In this document: positions 46,986 to 57,354 of the stretch, piece after piece
Layout of the letters: each line of letters opens with the position of its first letter
Numbering within the stretch: the stretch's first letter is position 1
Assembly (NCBI GenBank): GCA_965227295.1
Contig: OZ245742.1
Coordinates: 5,856,001-5,920,000 of the forward strand
Reading direction: 5' to 3'
Length of the DNA: 64,000 nucleotides
Source: Leptonemataceae bacterium
GTDB taxonomy: Bacteria > Spirochaetota > Leptospiria > Leptospirales > Leptonemataceae
Program-made: the position numbers and the translations under genes
The notes under the pieces: generated by a model
What the model was told of the DNA's origin: nothing
Seen by the model: the letters and a program-made list of their open reading frames with translations, nothing else
Database searches by the model: none

Positions 46986-47603
46986 TCAATGGTCTCCGGT
47001 TTCCAGAAATTCTCCCCGCGGGCCGACGCCGTGCAGGTGCGTGAGTTCGGCCCCGAAGTGCCCCGCCGCGGAGACCAGGACCGCGGCAGCCAGCATCGTA
47101 GCGGCGGCCACGAATTCCAGCCAGCGGCGACGCAGCCCAAGGCCGGCGAGTTGCAAAGCAAGCGCCGCGGCGGCCGTGTAGATCGTGGCGTAGGCGAAAA
47201 AATCGTGGTTGGCGAGGACCGCCCGGGCTTCCGGAGTAAGACCGGTCGTGTGCGGGTGCACGAAGTAGGCCGCAACCACGCCGCCGATCAGTCCGACGGC
47301 GCCCACGGCGATACCCGTCCGGATCAGCGTGTCGTTTCGGAAGATTAAACCGACCGGATACAGAATCGCCGCGAGCAACAACAGGACGATCGGGAAGTGA
47401 ACGACCAAAGGATGCAGCGTCGGAAAGGCCGCGAGAGGCGGCGCGACCGCTTCCAGAAGTCCGGCCTCGGGAGTGGATTCCGCGGCACTCTCCCCGGATG
47501 CGTGGTCCCCGGGCCCGTGGGCATGCAATGGCAGCGCCGCCAGATAGATGGCCAACCCCAGGGCTAATATTTTCTGAATGATATTTAAGACCCTTGCTTT
47601 CAT
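46986..47603 (-). CDS. DUF2231-like membrane protein
   Basis: LHPLVVHFPI, AGHFGAEL..HGVG. Confidence 0.8.
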   Translation of the reverse strand: MKARVLNIIQKILALGLAIYLAALPLHAHGPGDHASGESAAESTPEAGLLEAVAPPLAAFPTLHPLVVHFPIVLLLLAAILYPVGLIFRNDTLIRTGIAVGAVGLIGGVVAAYFVHPHTTGLTPEARAVLANHDFFAYATIYTAAAALALQLAGLGLRRRWLEFVAAATMLAAAVLVSAAGHFGAELTHLHGVGPRGEFLETGDH

Positions 47604-48847
47604 TAGGAGCTCCCCCGGACGACCGCGGCCAGAAGCAACCCCGCGGCGAGCCAGGCCGCGCAGAGATAAACCACGATTCGTTTCAAGCTTACGCCCGCGT
47701 CGCCGCCGTGGTCGTGATCATGACCGCCCGCGCTCTGCTCCCGGCGCGCCCGACGATAACGATACGCGAGCCAGGCCATTCCGAGGCTTACCAGAACGAA
47801 GCCGAGGTTTAGATAGAACGTGTAGTCGATCTTAATGCGCGTCACTTCCTCGACGACCCGGCGGCTCTCCGGCGTGATCCCGAACCAGGCGAAAGCGCCG
47901 TTGAGAATCAGGGCGGTGGATACCATGCTGATATACATAATCAGCGCAATATAGAGCGCGATCCTGGTGCCGTAGTACTTGCGATTGACCATGACCAGAG
48001 GCGGCACGATCAAATCCGAATAGATGAACGCCATAATGCCCGCGAAAAGCACGCCGTTGGCGTTCAGAACCGTGGCGAGGGGAATATTACCCATAGAACC
48101 GATGAATGTGGCCGCGGCGACAAAGGGACCGACGAGGGCGTTCTCGACGGCGATCAACCACGCCGGTAACGTCTCCGTGTACCCGGTTAAGAAGATCGCC
48201 TCCCAGAACGACTGCGGGACCAGCGTCGCGATGATGCCGGCGATGGTGAAGCCGATGAGGATCTCTTCCCAGACCATGCCCCACTCCGCGAAAAAATTCC
48301 GCCCGACGCGATTCCAGCCGTCGGCGCTACGAATGCGTTCGCGCCACGAAAAATCTTCGGTGGCTTCGGTGGCGTGCTTCTCGACGCGACGCCGGGCCGC
48401 CTCGGCCCATTCGCGGGGCAACGTCCCACGCATGAGCACGCTGCTGATCGCAATCAGGACTATGCCGCCGACGAGTTCAGCCATGAGGAACTCAAAGCCG
48501 AGAAAGATATAAATCAAAATGCCCAGCTCGATGACGAGGTTCGTCGAGGCGAACATAAAGGCGACCGTCGCAATAAAATGCGCCCCCTTGGCGACCAGGG
48601 TCCGGGCCGCCGCCAGGGCCGCGAAAGAACACGACGACGACAGCGCTCCGAAGGCCGTGGCGATGCCGATGCTGCGCGGCCCGGCCTCGCCCAGATTCTC
48701 CGCCAGGCGCCGACGCGGTACGAAGGCCTGGATCATCGCGCTGATCGTGTAGCCGAGGACGAAGGCCCAGCCGGCCTTCCAGAAAAACCCCAGCGACGCG
48801 TACGCGGAATCGCTGATAGCCGGAATCATCGATACGATAGTTTCCAT
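47603..48847 (-). CDS. Putative permease (DUF318/ArsP-like)
   Basis: SSSCSFAA, FMFASTNLVIELG, SMGNIPLA. Confidence 0.8.
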   Translation of the reverse strand: METIVSMIPAISDSAYASLGFFWKAGWAFVLGYTISAMIQAFVPRRRLAENLGEAGPRSIGIATAFGALSSSCSFAALAAARTLVAKGAHFIATVAFMFASTNLVIELGILIYIFLGFEFLMAELVGGIVLIAISSVLMRGTLPREWAEAARRRVEKHATEATEDFSWRERIRSADGWNRVGRNFFAEWGMVWEEILIGFTIAGIIATLVPQSFWEAIFLTGYTETLPAWLIAVENALVGPFVAAATFIGSMGNIPLATVLNANGVLFAGIMAFIYSDLIVPPLVMVNRKYYGTRIALYIALIMYISMVSTALILNGAFAWFGITPESRRVVEEVTRIKIDYTFYLNLGFVLVSLGMAWLAYRYRRARREQSAGGHDHDHGGDAGVSLKRIVVYLCAAWLAAGLLLAAVVRGSS

Positions 48848-48871
48848 AAAATTATCTCCACTGAACAAGAA

Positions 48872-51800
48872 TCATAGATTGCGCCCGGGCTTCGGGACGG
48901 TCGCCGCAACTTCCGGCGTGAGCACTTCATCCGCCTCGACTTCGTGAAACGGACTCGCCGCTCCGTCCCTGCGCAGGCGCCGCAACTGCAACCATTCGTA
49001 GATGGTCGGAATCAACACGAGCGTCACCAGGGTGTCGGTGACCAGGCCGCCGATCATCGGCGCGGCCAGGCGTTTCATTACGGAAGAGCCGGAGTCCGTG
49101 GCCCACATGATTGGAATCAAACCCAGCAAGGTCGTCGCCACAGTCATGATCTTCGGCCGCACGCGGCCCACGACGCCTTCAAGCATCGCGGCGCGCAGTT
49201 TCTCCGGTGTATCCAGGCCGTGTTCGCGTTTGTGTTTCGCGAGCACCGTGTCGAGGTACACAAGCAGCACGATGCCCGTCTCCACGGACAAACCCGCCAG
49301 AGCAATGAAGCCAACGTCCGTGGCCACGCTTCGATTGTAGCCGAGCAGGAACATCAACCATACGCCGCCGGTTACCGCGAAGCCCAGGCAGCCCAGGATG
49401 ATCGTCGTCTCGGTAAAGTTCTTAAAGTGCAGGTAGAGGAGCACGATGATGGCGATAAGCGTCAGTGCGCCGGCGATGCGCAGCCGTTCGGCGGCGCGCT
49501 CCAGATACTCGTATTGGCCGCTCCACACCAGGGTTACGCCCGGGGGCTGCTGCAACTCGCCGGCCTTCAGCTTGTTGCGAATCAGCGCCTTCGCGTTCTC
49601 AACGTAGCCGGCCACGTCCTGGGAACTCTTCAAATCCACGAAGATCCACGCGGTCTTGCGGGCGTTTTCGGTTTTGATGCCCGGCGGCCCGGTGCGCAGG
49701 CGCAGCTCCGCCACGTGGGAAATCGGAATGTTCGCCCCCGACGGCGTGCGCACCCAGACGTCTTTTAACTTCTCCAGATCATCTCTTAGCTCGCGAGGAT
49801 AACGCACGTTCACGGGATAGCGCGCCAGGCCCTCGACCGTTTCGGTGACGTTCATCCCGCCCACGGCCGTCATGATCGTATCCTGCACGTCGCCGACGGT
49901 CAGCCCGTACCGCGCCGCCGCCTCGCGATTGATGACGTAGTCGATGTAGCGGCCGCCCGTAACGCGCTCCGAAACCACCGAGGCCGTGCCGGGCACGGTC
50001 TTGAGCACGGCTTCGAGTTCGCTGCCGTAGCGCGCCAGTTCGCTTAAGTCGTCCCCGAGCAACTTTACGCCCACCGGCGTCTTGATGCCCGTCGCCAGCA
50101 TATCGATGCGCGTGCGAATGGGATACGTCCAGGCGTTGGTCAGCCCCGGGAACTGAATTTTGTCGTCCAGCTCTCGCATGATTTTTTCGACCGTCATGCC
50201 CGACCGCCACTCCGAGCGGTCTTTCAGGATGATCGTAGTCTCGATCATGGTGAGCGGGGCCGGGTCCGTGGCCGTCTCCGCGCGGCCGATCTTACCGAAG
50301 ACGTGCTTTACCTCGGGCTGCTCCATGATGATGGCGTCCGTGCGCTGCAGAATTTCCCGGGCCTTGGTAATCGAAATGCCGGGCAGCGTGGTGGGCATGT
50401 ACAGGATGTCGCCCTCGTTCAGCGGAGGCATGAATTCACCGCCGATGCCTTTCACCAGCTTCTTGCCGTTCGAAAAAGGAACGGGAATGCCGTAGATTGG
50501 GATCAGGGTCAGTAACATAAAACCACCGAAAGCTAAGAGAAACGTCGCCTTGCGGTCCAGAGCGGCGTCGATCAGCGGGCGGTACGTGCGCACGAAAAAG
50601 CGCGCGATGGGGTTGTCCTCTTCCGCCCGGGTGTCGCCGCGCACAAAAAGCGAAATCAGCACCGGGATGATCGTAATTGCGATGACGGCGGCGAAGGCCA
50701 TGGCGAAGGTCTTGGTCAACGCCAGGGGGCGAAAGAGCCGGCCGGACTGCTCTTCCAGCACCAGGATCGGCAGAAACGAAACGGTAATGATCAACAGCGA
50801 AAAGAAGAGCGCCGGCCCGACTTCGAGAGACGCCCGCCGGACGACGACGTCGTGGGCGGCGTCGGGATCGTGCTCCCGGTGCTTGTGCACGTTTTCGACG
50901 AGCACGATCGAGGCGTCCACCATCACCCCGATGGCGATGGCGATGCCGCCGAGGGACATGATATTGGCGTTGATGCCGAGAAAGTCCATCAGCGCCAGGG
51001 ACGCGAGAATCCCGATGGGCAGCGTCACCACGGCCACTAAGGCCGAGCGAGCGTGCATTAAGAAAACGGCGATAACGATCGCCACGACGAGCATCTCCTC
51101 GACCAGCTTCCAGGAAACGTTTTTGACGGCGCGATAGATCAAATTCGAACGATCATAGGCCGTGCGAATTTCGACCCCCTCCGGCAGCGACGGTCGAATC
51201 TCTTCGATGCGCTGCTTCACGCGTTCAATGATTTCGAGCGCGTTTTCGCCGAAGCGCATCACGACGATGCCGGCCACCACCTCCCCCTCGCCGTTCCACT
51301 CGGCGATGCCCCGGCGAATCTCCGGGCCGATCTGCACGTGGGCGACGTCGTCGATGGTGATGGGATTGCCCTGATCGTCCACGCGCAACACCACACTGCG
51401 AATATCGTCGACGGACTGGATGTAACCCAGGCCCCGCACCATGTACTCGGTCTCGCCCATCTCGATCAGTCGCCCGCCGGTGTCGCGGTTCGAACGCGCC
51501 AGACGCGAGCGCACGGTTTCGAGGGAAATGTCGTGCAGCAGCAAGCGCGTGGGATCCACCTCGACCTGGTACTGCTTCACGAAGCCGCCGATGCTCGCGA
51601 CCTCGGCCACGCCTTTGAGGCTGGCGAGTTCGTAGCGAATGCTCCAGTCCTGGAGCGAACGCAGCTCCTGGTTGTTTAACTTTCCGCTGGTGTCGGTTAC
51701 TATGTACTGATAGACCCAGCCCACGCCGGTGGCGTCGGGACCGAGCTGCGGCTTCACGCCCGGCGGCAGGCGCGACGACGAGTTGATGTACTCCAGCACC

Positions 51801-52126
51801 CGCGAGCGCGCCCAGTAGATGTCCGTGCCGTCCTCGAAGATCACGTAGACCATCGAGAAACCGAAGAACGAATAGCCCCGCACCACCTTGGCGTGGGGCA
51901 CGGCCAGCATGGCCGACGTCAGCGGGTAGGTAACCTGGTCTTCGACGACCTGGGGGGCCTGGCCGGTGTACTCGGTGTAGATGATCACCTGCACGTCGGA
52001 GAGATCCGGAATGGCGTCGATAGGAATGGTCTGGATCGCCCGCAGTCCGGCGAAGACCACGGCCCCGGCGGCGATCAAGACGAGCGCCTTGTTCTTGAGC
52101 GAAAATTCGATAATGCGTGCAATCAA
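48872..52126 (-). CDS. cusA: CusA/SilA-type heavy-metal RND efflux permease
   Basis: DAIPDLSDVQV, GPDATGVGW, NIMSLGGIAIAIGVMVD, EFMP, RIDML, RPKIMT. Confidence 0.93.
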   Translation of the reverse strand: MIARIIEFSLKNKALVLIAAGAVVFAGLRAIQTIPIDAIPDLSDVQVIIYTEYTGQAPQVVEDQVTYPLTSAMLAVPHAKVVRGYSFFGFSMVYVIFEDGTDIYWARSRVLEYINSSSRLPPGVKPQLGPDATGVGWVYQYIVTDTSGKLNNQELRSLQDWSIRYELASLKGVAEVASIGGFVKQYQVEVDPTRLLLHDISLETVRSRLARSNRDTGGRLIEMGETEYMVRGLGYIQSVDDIRSVVLRVDDQGNPITIDDVAHVQIGPEIRRGIAEWNGEGEVVAGIVVMRFGENALEIIERVKQRIEEIRPSLPEGVEIRTAYDRSNLIYRAVKNVSWKLVEEMLVVAIVIAVFLMHARSALVAVVTLPIGILASLALMDFLGINANIMSLGGIAIAIGVMVDASIVLVENVHKHREHDPDAAHDVVVRRASLEVGPALFFSLLIITVSFLPILVLEEQSGRLFRPLALTKTFAMAFAAVIAITIIPVLISLFVRGDTRAEEDNPIARFFVRTYRPLIDAALDRKATFLLAFGGFMLLTLIPIYGIPVPFSNGKKLVKGIGGEFMPPLNEGDILYMPTTLPGISITKAREILQRTDAIIMEQPEVKHVFGKIGRAETATDPAPLTMIETTIILKDRSEWRSGMTVEKIMRELDDKIQFPGLTNAWTYPIRTRIDMLATGIKTPVGVKLLGDDLSELARYGSELEAVLKTVPGTASVVSERVTGGRYIDYVINREAAARYGLTVGDVQDTIMTAVGGMNVTETVEGLARYPVNVRYPRELRDDLEKLKDVWVRTPSGANIPISHVAELRLRTGPPGIKTENARKTAWIFVDLKSSQDVAGYVENAKALIRNKLKAGELQQPPGVTLVWSGQYEYLERAAERLRIAGALTLIAIIVLLYLHFKNFTETTIILGCLGFAVTGGVWLMFLLGYNRSVATDVGFIALAGLSVETGIVLLVYLDTVLAKHKREHGLDTPEKLRAAMLEGVVGRVRPKIMTVATTLLGLIPIMWATDSGSSVMKRLAAPMIGGLVTDTLVTLVLIPTIYEWLQLRRLRRDGAASPFHEVEADEVLTPEVAATVPKPGRNL

Positions 52127-53535
52127 TGGTTGTGCCCTCCCATCGGATCGGGTGCTTCATCCATAGAATCGCCGTCGCCCGCTCCCGCGGAGCCGCTCCC
52201 GCCCCGCATTTTACGCACGGCCTCCTGGATGCGCGACTCGGAGTCTAACAAAAACTGACCGGAAGTTACCACGGCCTCGTGTTCGGAGAGGCCGTCGAGG
52301 ATTTGCAGGCGGTCGTTTTCGTCGGTGACGCCCACGCTTACGATCCGCGGCTCGAAGGCGCCGTTGCCGCGGTAGACGAAGGCGAGCGTGCGTTCCCCGG
52401 TGCGGATGACCGCCGAAGACGGCACCGTCAGAAACTCCCCGTCCAGCGTGCGGCGCAGCTTGAGCGTAGCGTACATGCCGGGCTTCAACGTGCGCCCCGG
52501 ATTCGCGAAGGATACACGGACGCGCAGGTCCCGGGTCTCCGCCCGCATAAACGGAAACACGAAGCTGACCCGTCCCTCGAAGGTCTTCCCCGGTACCTGG
52601 GGGACGATCATCTCCACCGGCAGCCCGGTCTCCACGAAGGGAATATCTTTTTCGGGAATGTGAATGTAGGCCCACACGGTCGAAAGATCGACGATGCGAA
52701 ACAGATCCGTGCCCTCGGCGATCTTCGCGCCCTGGACGACGTTTTTTTCGACGACGACGCCGGAAATGGGCGCGTGGATCGTGAGCAGCCGCGACGGCGT
52801 GCCGCGCTTCTCCAGCGCCGCGATCTGCGCCGCGCTGATGTTCCAGTACTGTAATCTACGGCGAGCGGCGCTTAAGAGGCGCTCCACCTCCGGCGAAGGC
52901 CCCAGACTCTGCTTGCTTTTATAGAGCTGAAGATACTCCTCCTGAGTCGCCACCAGCTCCGGGCTGTAGACGCCGGCCAGGGCCTGGCCCCGGCGCACGC
53001 TGGCGCCGGTAATGTTCACGTAGAGTTTTTCGACCCAGCCGCCGAAGCGGGCGTTCACCACGGCTTCGGCGTTTTCGGCAAAGTCGATGTGCGCCACGGC
53101 GCGAATCTCTTTCGTAATCTCCCGGCGCGTAACGATCTCGGTGTTCACACCCATTTTTTGAATGACCGCCGGGTCCACCCGCACGATGGGCGGGGCCGGC
53201 GCACTGCTCGCATCATCGGCAGCTCCGTCGCCGTCGGCCGCGCTCATGTTGGCGCCGTCAGCCTCCGCCCCGGAGCCGCCGTCGTCGCCGCCGTGCACCG
53301 TGCCGTCGTCGTGCAGGTGCGGCTTCATCGGAACCAGGTCCATACCGCAAATCGGGCACGAGCCCGGGCCGTCCTGAATGACCTGGGGATGCATGGGGCA
53401 CGTGTACAGACTCGACGCCTCCGGCGCCGACGCACCGCCCCCGCGCAGAGCCGGGACGGCGAAGTAGATACCGGCGCCGAGTCCGCCCAGAGCCAGGACA
53501 ATGATTAACATGGTAATATACTTTTTCCGATTCAT
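52123..53535 (-). CDS. cusB: CusB-type RND periplasmic adaptor with heavy-metal-binding domain
   Basis: YTCPMHP...CPICGMDL, YSPEL..QEEYL, LKPGM, FLLDSES. Confidence 0.9.
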   Translation of the reverse strand: MNRKKYITMLIIVLALGGLGAGIYFAVPALRGGGASAPEASSLYTCPMHPQVIQDGPGSCPICGMDLVPMKPHLHDDGTVHGGDDGGSGAEADGANMSAADGDGAADDASSAPAPPIVRVDPAVIQKMGVNTEIVTRREITKEIRAVAHIDFAENAEAVVNARFGGWVEKLYVNITGASVRRGQALAGVYSPELVATQEEYLQLYKSKQSLGPSPEVERLLSAARRRLQYWNISAAQIAALEKRGTPSRLLTIHAPISGVVVEKNVVQGAKIAEGTDLFRIVDLSTVWAYIHIPEKDIPFVETGLPVEMIVPQVPGKTFEGRVSFVFPFMRAETRDLRVRVSFANPGRTLKPGMYATLKLRRTLDGEFLTVPSSAVIRTGERTLAFVYRGNGAFEPRIVSVGVTDENDRLQILDGLSEHEAVVTSGQFLLDSESRIQEAVRKMRGGSGSAGAGDGDSMDEAPDPMGGHNH

Positions 53536-54950
53536 GGTGTTTCCTCCGCATCCGCGGTGTACGCGGGGATGATGACGTTCAGCAGGCGGGCCTCTTCGAA
53601 GACGAGTCGCTCACGTTCGCCGCGCAGGCGGATCACCTCGGCCTCCTGCATAAAGAGGGTATTCCAGCTTTCCAGCAGCGCGAAGAAGTCGATGCGACCG
53701 GTCTCGTAAGCGAGGCGCGCCGAGTCCCGGGCCCGGGCGGCCTGGGGAATCAGGCTGTCCTGGAACAGACGGATGCGCTCCGTAAGCGAACGGCGGTCCG
53801 CCGCGAGGGAACGCAGGCGATACTGGATGCGCTGGATCACCTCGACCCGCGAGATCCGCGTGGCCCGGTCGCGTTTCTCCTGAGCGTCCACGGCGGAGCC
53901 CGCGGAGAGCGCCGACCAGAGCGGCACCGTCATGGTAAAGCCGAAGCTGTAAAAGTCCTCGCCGAAGGCGGGATCGCCGCTGATTTTCTCTCGTTCGCGA
54001 TACGAGGCGAAGACCTCGAAGTCCGGCAGGTACTCCATCCGGGCGAGGCGGCGCCGCTCGCGCACGGCCTGTAGTTCCAGGTCCATCATCGCGACGTCGA
54101 GGGAAGCGGCGGCCACTGCCTCTTCCTCGACGCCGATGCGCCGGACCTGCTCCGACAGCGTCGCTCGATACTCATCAAGGACGCCGTCGGCGCTCAGCGC
54201 GCGCAGCAGTTGTTGCGCCCCGGCGTCGTCGGCCCGCTCCGCGTCAGATTTCGCCGGGTCCGGGATAAGATAGTAGGCGAGCATGGCCAGCTTCGCCTGG
54301 CGCCGGCCCTCAAATTCCGTGTTCCGCTGTTCGAACGTGGAAAAATTGAGCTCGGCCCGGGAGACGTCGGCCAGCGATCCGCGGCCGACGGAGTATCGCG
54401 TGCGCGCCACGTTGCTGACCAGTTGAAACCGGCGCGCGTAGTCCTGATTGAGTCGCAGGAGCCGGTCCAGGACCACGGCCTCGGAAGCGTCTTTCAAAAA
54501 TTCATAGGCGAGATTATTTTTATCGACCGCCAGCCGGAGCAGGGCCTGCCGGGCCTCAAGGTCGGAGACGTTGGCCTGAGTCGTCAGGCGTCCGGGAAAC
54601 GGGATCGGCTGGCGCACCGAAAACTCAATGCCCGTCATGGGCGTTTGATCTCGAATGATGCGCAGATTTTTCTTGTACGGCAGATTCGACCAGGCGACCC
54701 CGACCCTCGGGTCCGGGTACTTCCAGGCGGCGTACTCCGCCAGATCCTTGCGCGCGGCGGCCTCAAGAGCCTGCAAGCGAATCCGCGGGTGGTGCGTGCT
54801 GATCTCGACCACAATGCGATCCACGCCCGGGGATTCCCGGTCCGGCGCTTCGGCTTCGACAGCCGAACGTTCTTCCGCCGGGAGCACGCGGCCCGTGATC
54901 AGTACGAGCAGGCAGAGCACTCCCCAACGGGCAATTCTGTGGTGGTGCAT
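53532..54950 (-). CDS. TolC/CusC family outer-membrane efflux protein
   Basis: Signal peptide, PDP, Q.IPFPG, LPDF, AYETGRIDF; upstream of cusBA. Confidence 0.85.
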   Translation of the reverse strand: MHHHRIARWGVLCLLVLITGRVLPAEERSAVEAEAPDRESPGVDRIVVEISTHHPRIRLQALEAAARKDLAEYAAWKYPDPRVGVAWSNLPYKKNLRIIRDQTPMTGIEFSVRQPIPFPGRLTTQANVSDLEARQALLRLAVDKNNLAYEFLKDASEAVVLDRLLRLNQDYARRFQLVSNVARTRYSVGRGSLADVSRAELNFSTFEQRNTEFEGRRQAKLAMLAYYLIPDPAKSDAERADDAGAQQLLRALSADGVLDEYRATLSEQVRRIGVEEEAVAAASLDVAMMDLELQAVRERRRLARMEYLPDFEVFASYREREKISGDPAFGEDFYSFGFTMTVPLWSALSAGSAVDAQEKRDRATRISRVEVIQRIQYRLRSLAADRRSLTERIRLFQDSLIPQAARARDSARLAYETGRIDFFALLESWNTLFMQEAEVIRLRGERERLVFEEARLLNVIIPAYTADAEETP

Positions 54951-55043
54951 AGGACCTCCATTCCTTCGATACAATCCGGGGCGAACCCGGCGGTACGCGG
55001 GCAGACCGCGCCGATGCAGTCGTAACTACGAAGAAATGGAGGT

Positions 55044-55487
55044 TTAGATCAGCAGGATTTGCAGTCGCATGTGCAGCGCGACATTCGACGGCGGAGGGGC
55101 GTGCGGAATCAATCGATCGGCAGAAACACGGCGGGTGGGCGCGGAGACCGGAAGGTCACGCCGGGATTCCAACAGCGGGACAAAGGCCAACTCGGGCGCC
55201 GGAAAGAACACGCTGTCCACCGGAGCAAGGACGGCGGCGTGAGCCCGAACGCAACAGTCCGTCTCGCCGGGCTCGGGAGCGGACGGCGCCGGGGATTCAG
55301 CGGCGACCCGATGACAAGAAGGCAGCGTATCTGTTGCGGACGCGTCCATCGCCGACTCCGATAACGGCGACGCACATAGTCCCAGCGGGCAGAGCGTCAG
55401 CTGTAGAACGGCACCGAGTGCCGCCACCGATCCCATCCAGCGCAGGCCGGAGGATCCCGGCCGTATTTGCTTGCTCACTGCTCGCAC
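55044..55487 (-). CDS. Cys/His-containing hypothetical leader gene of the cus operon (DUF2946-like)
   Basis: TM, PSCH, DCC, PPP...LHMRLQILLI tail; start uncertain. Confidence 0.55.
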   Translation of the reverse strand: MRAVSKQIRPGSSGLRWMGSVAALGAVLQLTLCPLGLCASPLSESAMDASATDTLPSCHRVAAESPAPSAPEPGETDCCVRAHAAVLAPVDSVFFPAPELAFVPLLESRRDLPVSAPTRRVSADRLIPHAPPPSNVALHMRLQILLI

Positions 55488-55551
55488 GACTCCAGCATAA
55501 AGGTGCGACTGTGTAACTTCGTCAAGAAAAAAACGTGGACGGAACTCGATG

Positions 55552-55568
55552 ATACCGCATATGGGTAT
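55552..55568. promoter_or_regulatory. CsoR-type operator candidate
   Basis: ATACC-gcatatg-GGTAT between divergent csoR and the cus operon. Confidence 0.55.
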
Positions 55569-55575
55569 GCAGTAT

Positions 55576-55872
55576 ATGGCATCCCGAAAGCTTCGTAAGA
55601 AAACAGTGCGACAACCCCGCAAGAGCACCATGCAAACACGCATGAACAAGATCGCCGGACAGGTCGCGGGAATCCAGGACATGATCGAACGAGATCGCTA
55701 CTGCGTGGACATTATGACGCAAATCAGCGCTGTAAAGTCCGCTCTGGACAGCGTCGCCATGCTTTTGTTGGAAGACCACACCCGGCACTGCGTTAAGGAT
55801 GCCCTCGTCGGCGGCAACGGAACTCAAAAAATCGAAGAACTCGTTCGCGTCGTGAAGAAATACACAAAGTAA
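55576..55872 (+). CDS. csoR: CsoR family copper-sensing repressor
   Basis: RMNKIAGQV.GI..M, RYCVDI, HTRHC (C-H-C ligand set). Confidence 0.88.
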   Translation: MASRKLRKKTVRQPRKSTMQTRMNKIAGQVAGIQDMIERDRYCVDIMTQISAVKSALDSVAMLLLEDHTRHCVKDALVGGNGTQKIEELVRVVKKYTK

Positions 55873-55917
55873 AGGAGCGCCTCGTTGATCCGGGGCGCTC
55901 CCTGTGAATGCGCGGGC

Positions 55918-56160
55918 TCAGGCCAACGCCGCCTTCACCGTGGCCACATCGACGCCGCGACCGGCGCAACAATCCGCAGGCTTGCCGTTGACGAGCACAG
56001 CCGGAATGGATGCAATCCCCAGGGACTTTGCCCGGGACACGACCGCTGGATCGTCCATGTCCAATATCGTAACTTCTTTAGAACCGGCGATTCCATTCAA
56101 TTCGACAATCGTGTCTTCGCAGAGAGCGCATCCGGCGCTGAATACTTCGACTTTTTTCAT
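55918..56160 (-). CDS. Small thioredoxin/glutaredoxin-like protein with CxxC and CC
   Basis: SAGCALC, SIPAVLVNG, DCC. Confidence 0.8.
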   Translation of the reverse strand: MKKVEVFSAGCALCEDTIVELNGIAGSKEVTILDMDDPAVVSRAKSLGIASIPAVLVNGKPADCCAGRGVDVATVKAALA

Positions 56161-56165
56161 AATTT

Positions 56166-56909
56166 TTACCTCACTTGTTTAAATTCACATTGAGTGCAAT
56201 CTTGTATCTGAGCAGGCTGCGGCCACGCGTTCCACAGGGAGACGCATAGCAGGCCGGCGGTTCCAGCGTAGAGCAGCGGATCCGAGTTCCAGTAAAACTT
56301 TCCGAGCAGAATGACCGCTGACGCGACGAGCCCGGCGGCGAACGGAAGATAGCCGCGTCGTTGCTTCGCTCGAAAAGCCAGCAGGAACAGCACGACGCCG
56401 AGAGAGACCGCTGTGATGGGCAGCAGGTACGGCGTATAATTCCAGAAGCCGATGCCGAGCGACCCGAGGATCGCGGCGTAGGCCGGCAGGCAGGCGGCGC
56501 ACGTCAGCTTCGGCAGCAGGGCCGGGACAATCGCCACTATCGATCCAAGAATGCCGCGCAGACCCCGCGATGGGCCGGCGTCGATCGCGTGATCAGGCCC
56601 GGCTGAGAGAGCGGCCAGTACTCTGTCGACCGGTGGCGCCCCGGTTTTTTCATTTGAACCATAGAGCCGACACGCATTCGCCGTGTCACCGGGCGGAGCG
56701 CCGCCGACATCCACACCGTCCACGAGAATGGTCGGTGAGCCGTAGGCTTTCGCGTAAGCGGGGGCGTCTTGCGCCGCGCTGTCCCACTCCACCCAACGTG
56801 ATGGCAGGCGCAACGTTGTCAGGGCCTCGATAATTACCTGCCGGGCCCGATGCGTATTCGGGCAATCAGCACTAAAAATGAGTTCTACGTCTTTCAAATC
56901 TGCCTCCAT
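56166..56909 (-). CDS. Thioredoxin-like domain fused to MerC-like mercury transporter
   Basis: DCPN...GSPTILVDG...ACRLY, then LTCAACLPAYA and four TM helices. Confidence 0.75.
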   Translation of the reverse strand: MEADLKDVELIFSADCPNTHRARQVIIEALTTLRLPSRWVEWDSAAQDAPAYAKAYGSPTILVDGVDVGGAPPGDTANACRLYGSNEKTGAPPVDRVLAALSAGPDHAIDAGPSRGLRGILGSIVAIVPALLPKLTCAACLPAYAAILGSLGIGFWNYTPYLLPITAVSLGVVLFLLAFRAKQRRGYLPFAAGLVASAVILLGKFYWNSDPLLYAGTAGLLCVSLWNAWPQPAQIQDCTQCEFKQVR

Positions 56910-57313
56910 TAATTCACTTCCTCTTCCAATGCCTCAAGAATCGGACAGCGATTGCTCTGCTCCTCGGCCAGACAGGCGTCGGCGAGTCGCGAAAGGACCT
57001 GTTCCATTTTCTTCAGTGCTTTGATTTTCGCGCGCACCTCGGCGAGCTTTTGCTCGGTATTGCGGCGGACCTGGCCGCAGTCGGTGGGATTGCTACGGCG
57101 CAGGAGGAGTAGCTCCTGAATCTGGGCCAGCGTAAAGCCGAGGGATTTAGCCTGCTTGATAAACAGGATCGTCTGGAGCACTTCTTCCGGGTAACGGCGA
57201 TAGGTATCCGCCCGTTCCGGTTGCTGAATCAGCCCTTTCCGTTCATAGAAGCGAATGGTTTCTACGTTTACTGCTGCTTTATCGGCGAGCTGCCCGATGG
57301 TGAAAGACTCCAT
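56909..57313 (-). CDS. merR: Hg(II)-responsive MerR family regulator
   Basis: TIGQLA...VETIRFYERKGL, LGFTL.QI, three Cys (TDC, DAC, CPIL). Confidence 0.88.
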   Translation of the reverse strand: MESFTIGQLADKAAVNVETIRFYERKGLIQQPERADTYRRYPEEVLQTILFIKQAKSLGFTLAQIQELLLLRRSNPTDCGQVRRNTEQKLAEVRAKIKALKKMEQVLSRLADACLAEEQSNRCPILEALEEEVN

Positions 57314-57322
57314 AACAGGGTT

Positions 57323-57354
57323 AATATACACTCCGTACTGTAGTACGGTGTCAA
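57323..57354 (-). promoter_or_regulatory. MerR operator/promoter with elongated 20-bp spacer
   Basis: TTGACA-CCGTAC taca GTACGG agtg-TATATT. Confidence 0.9.
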
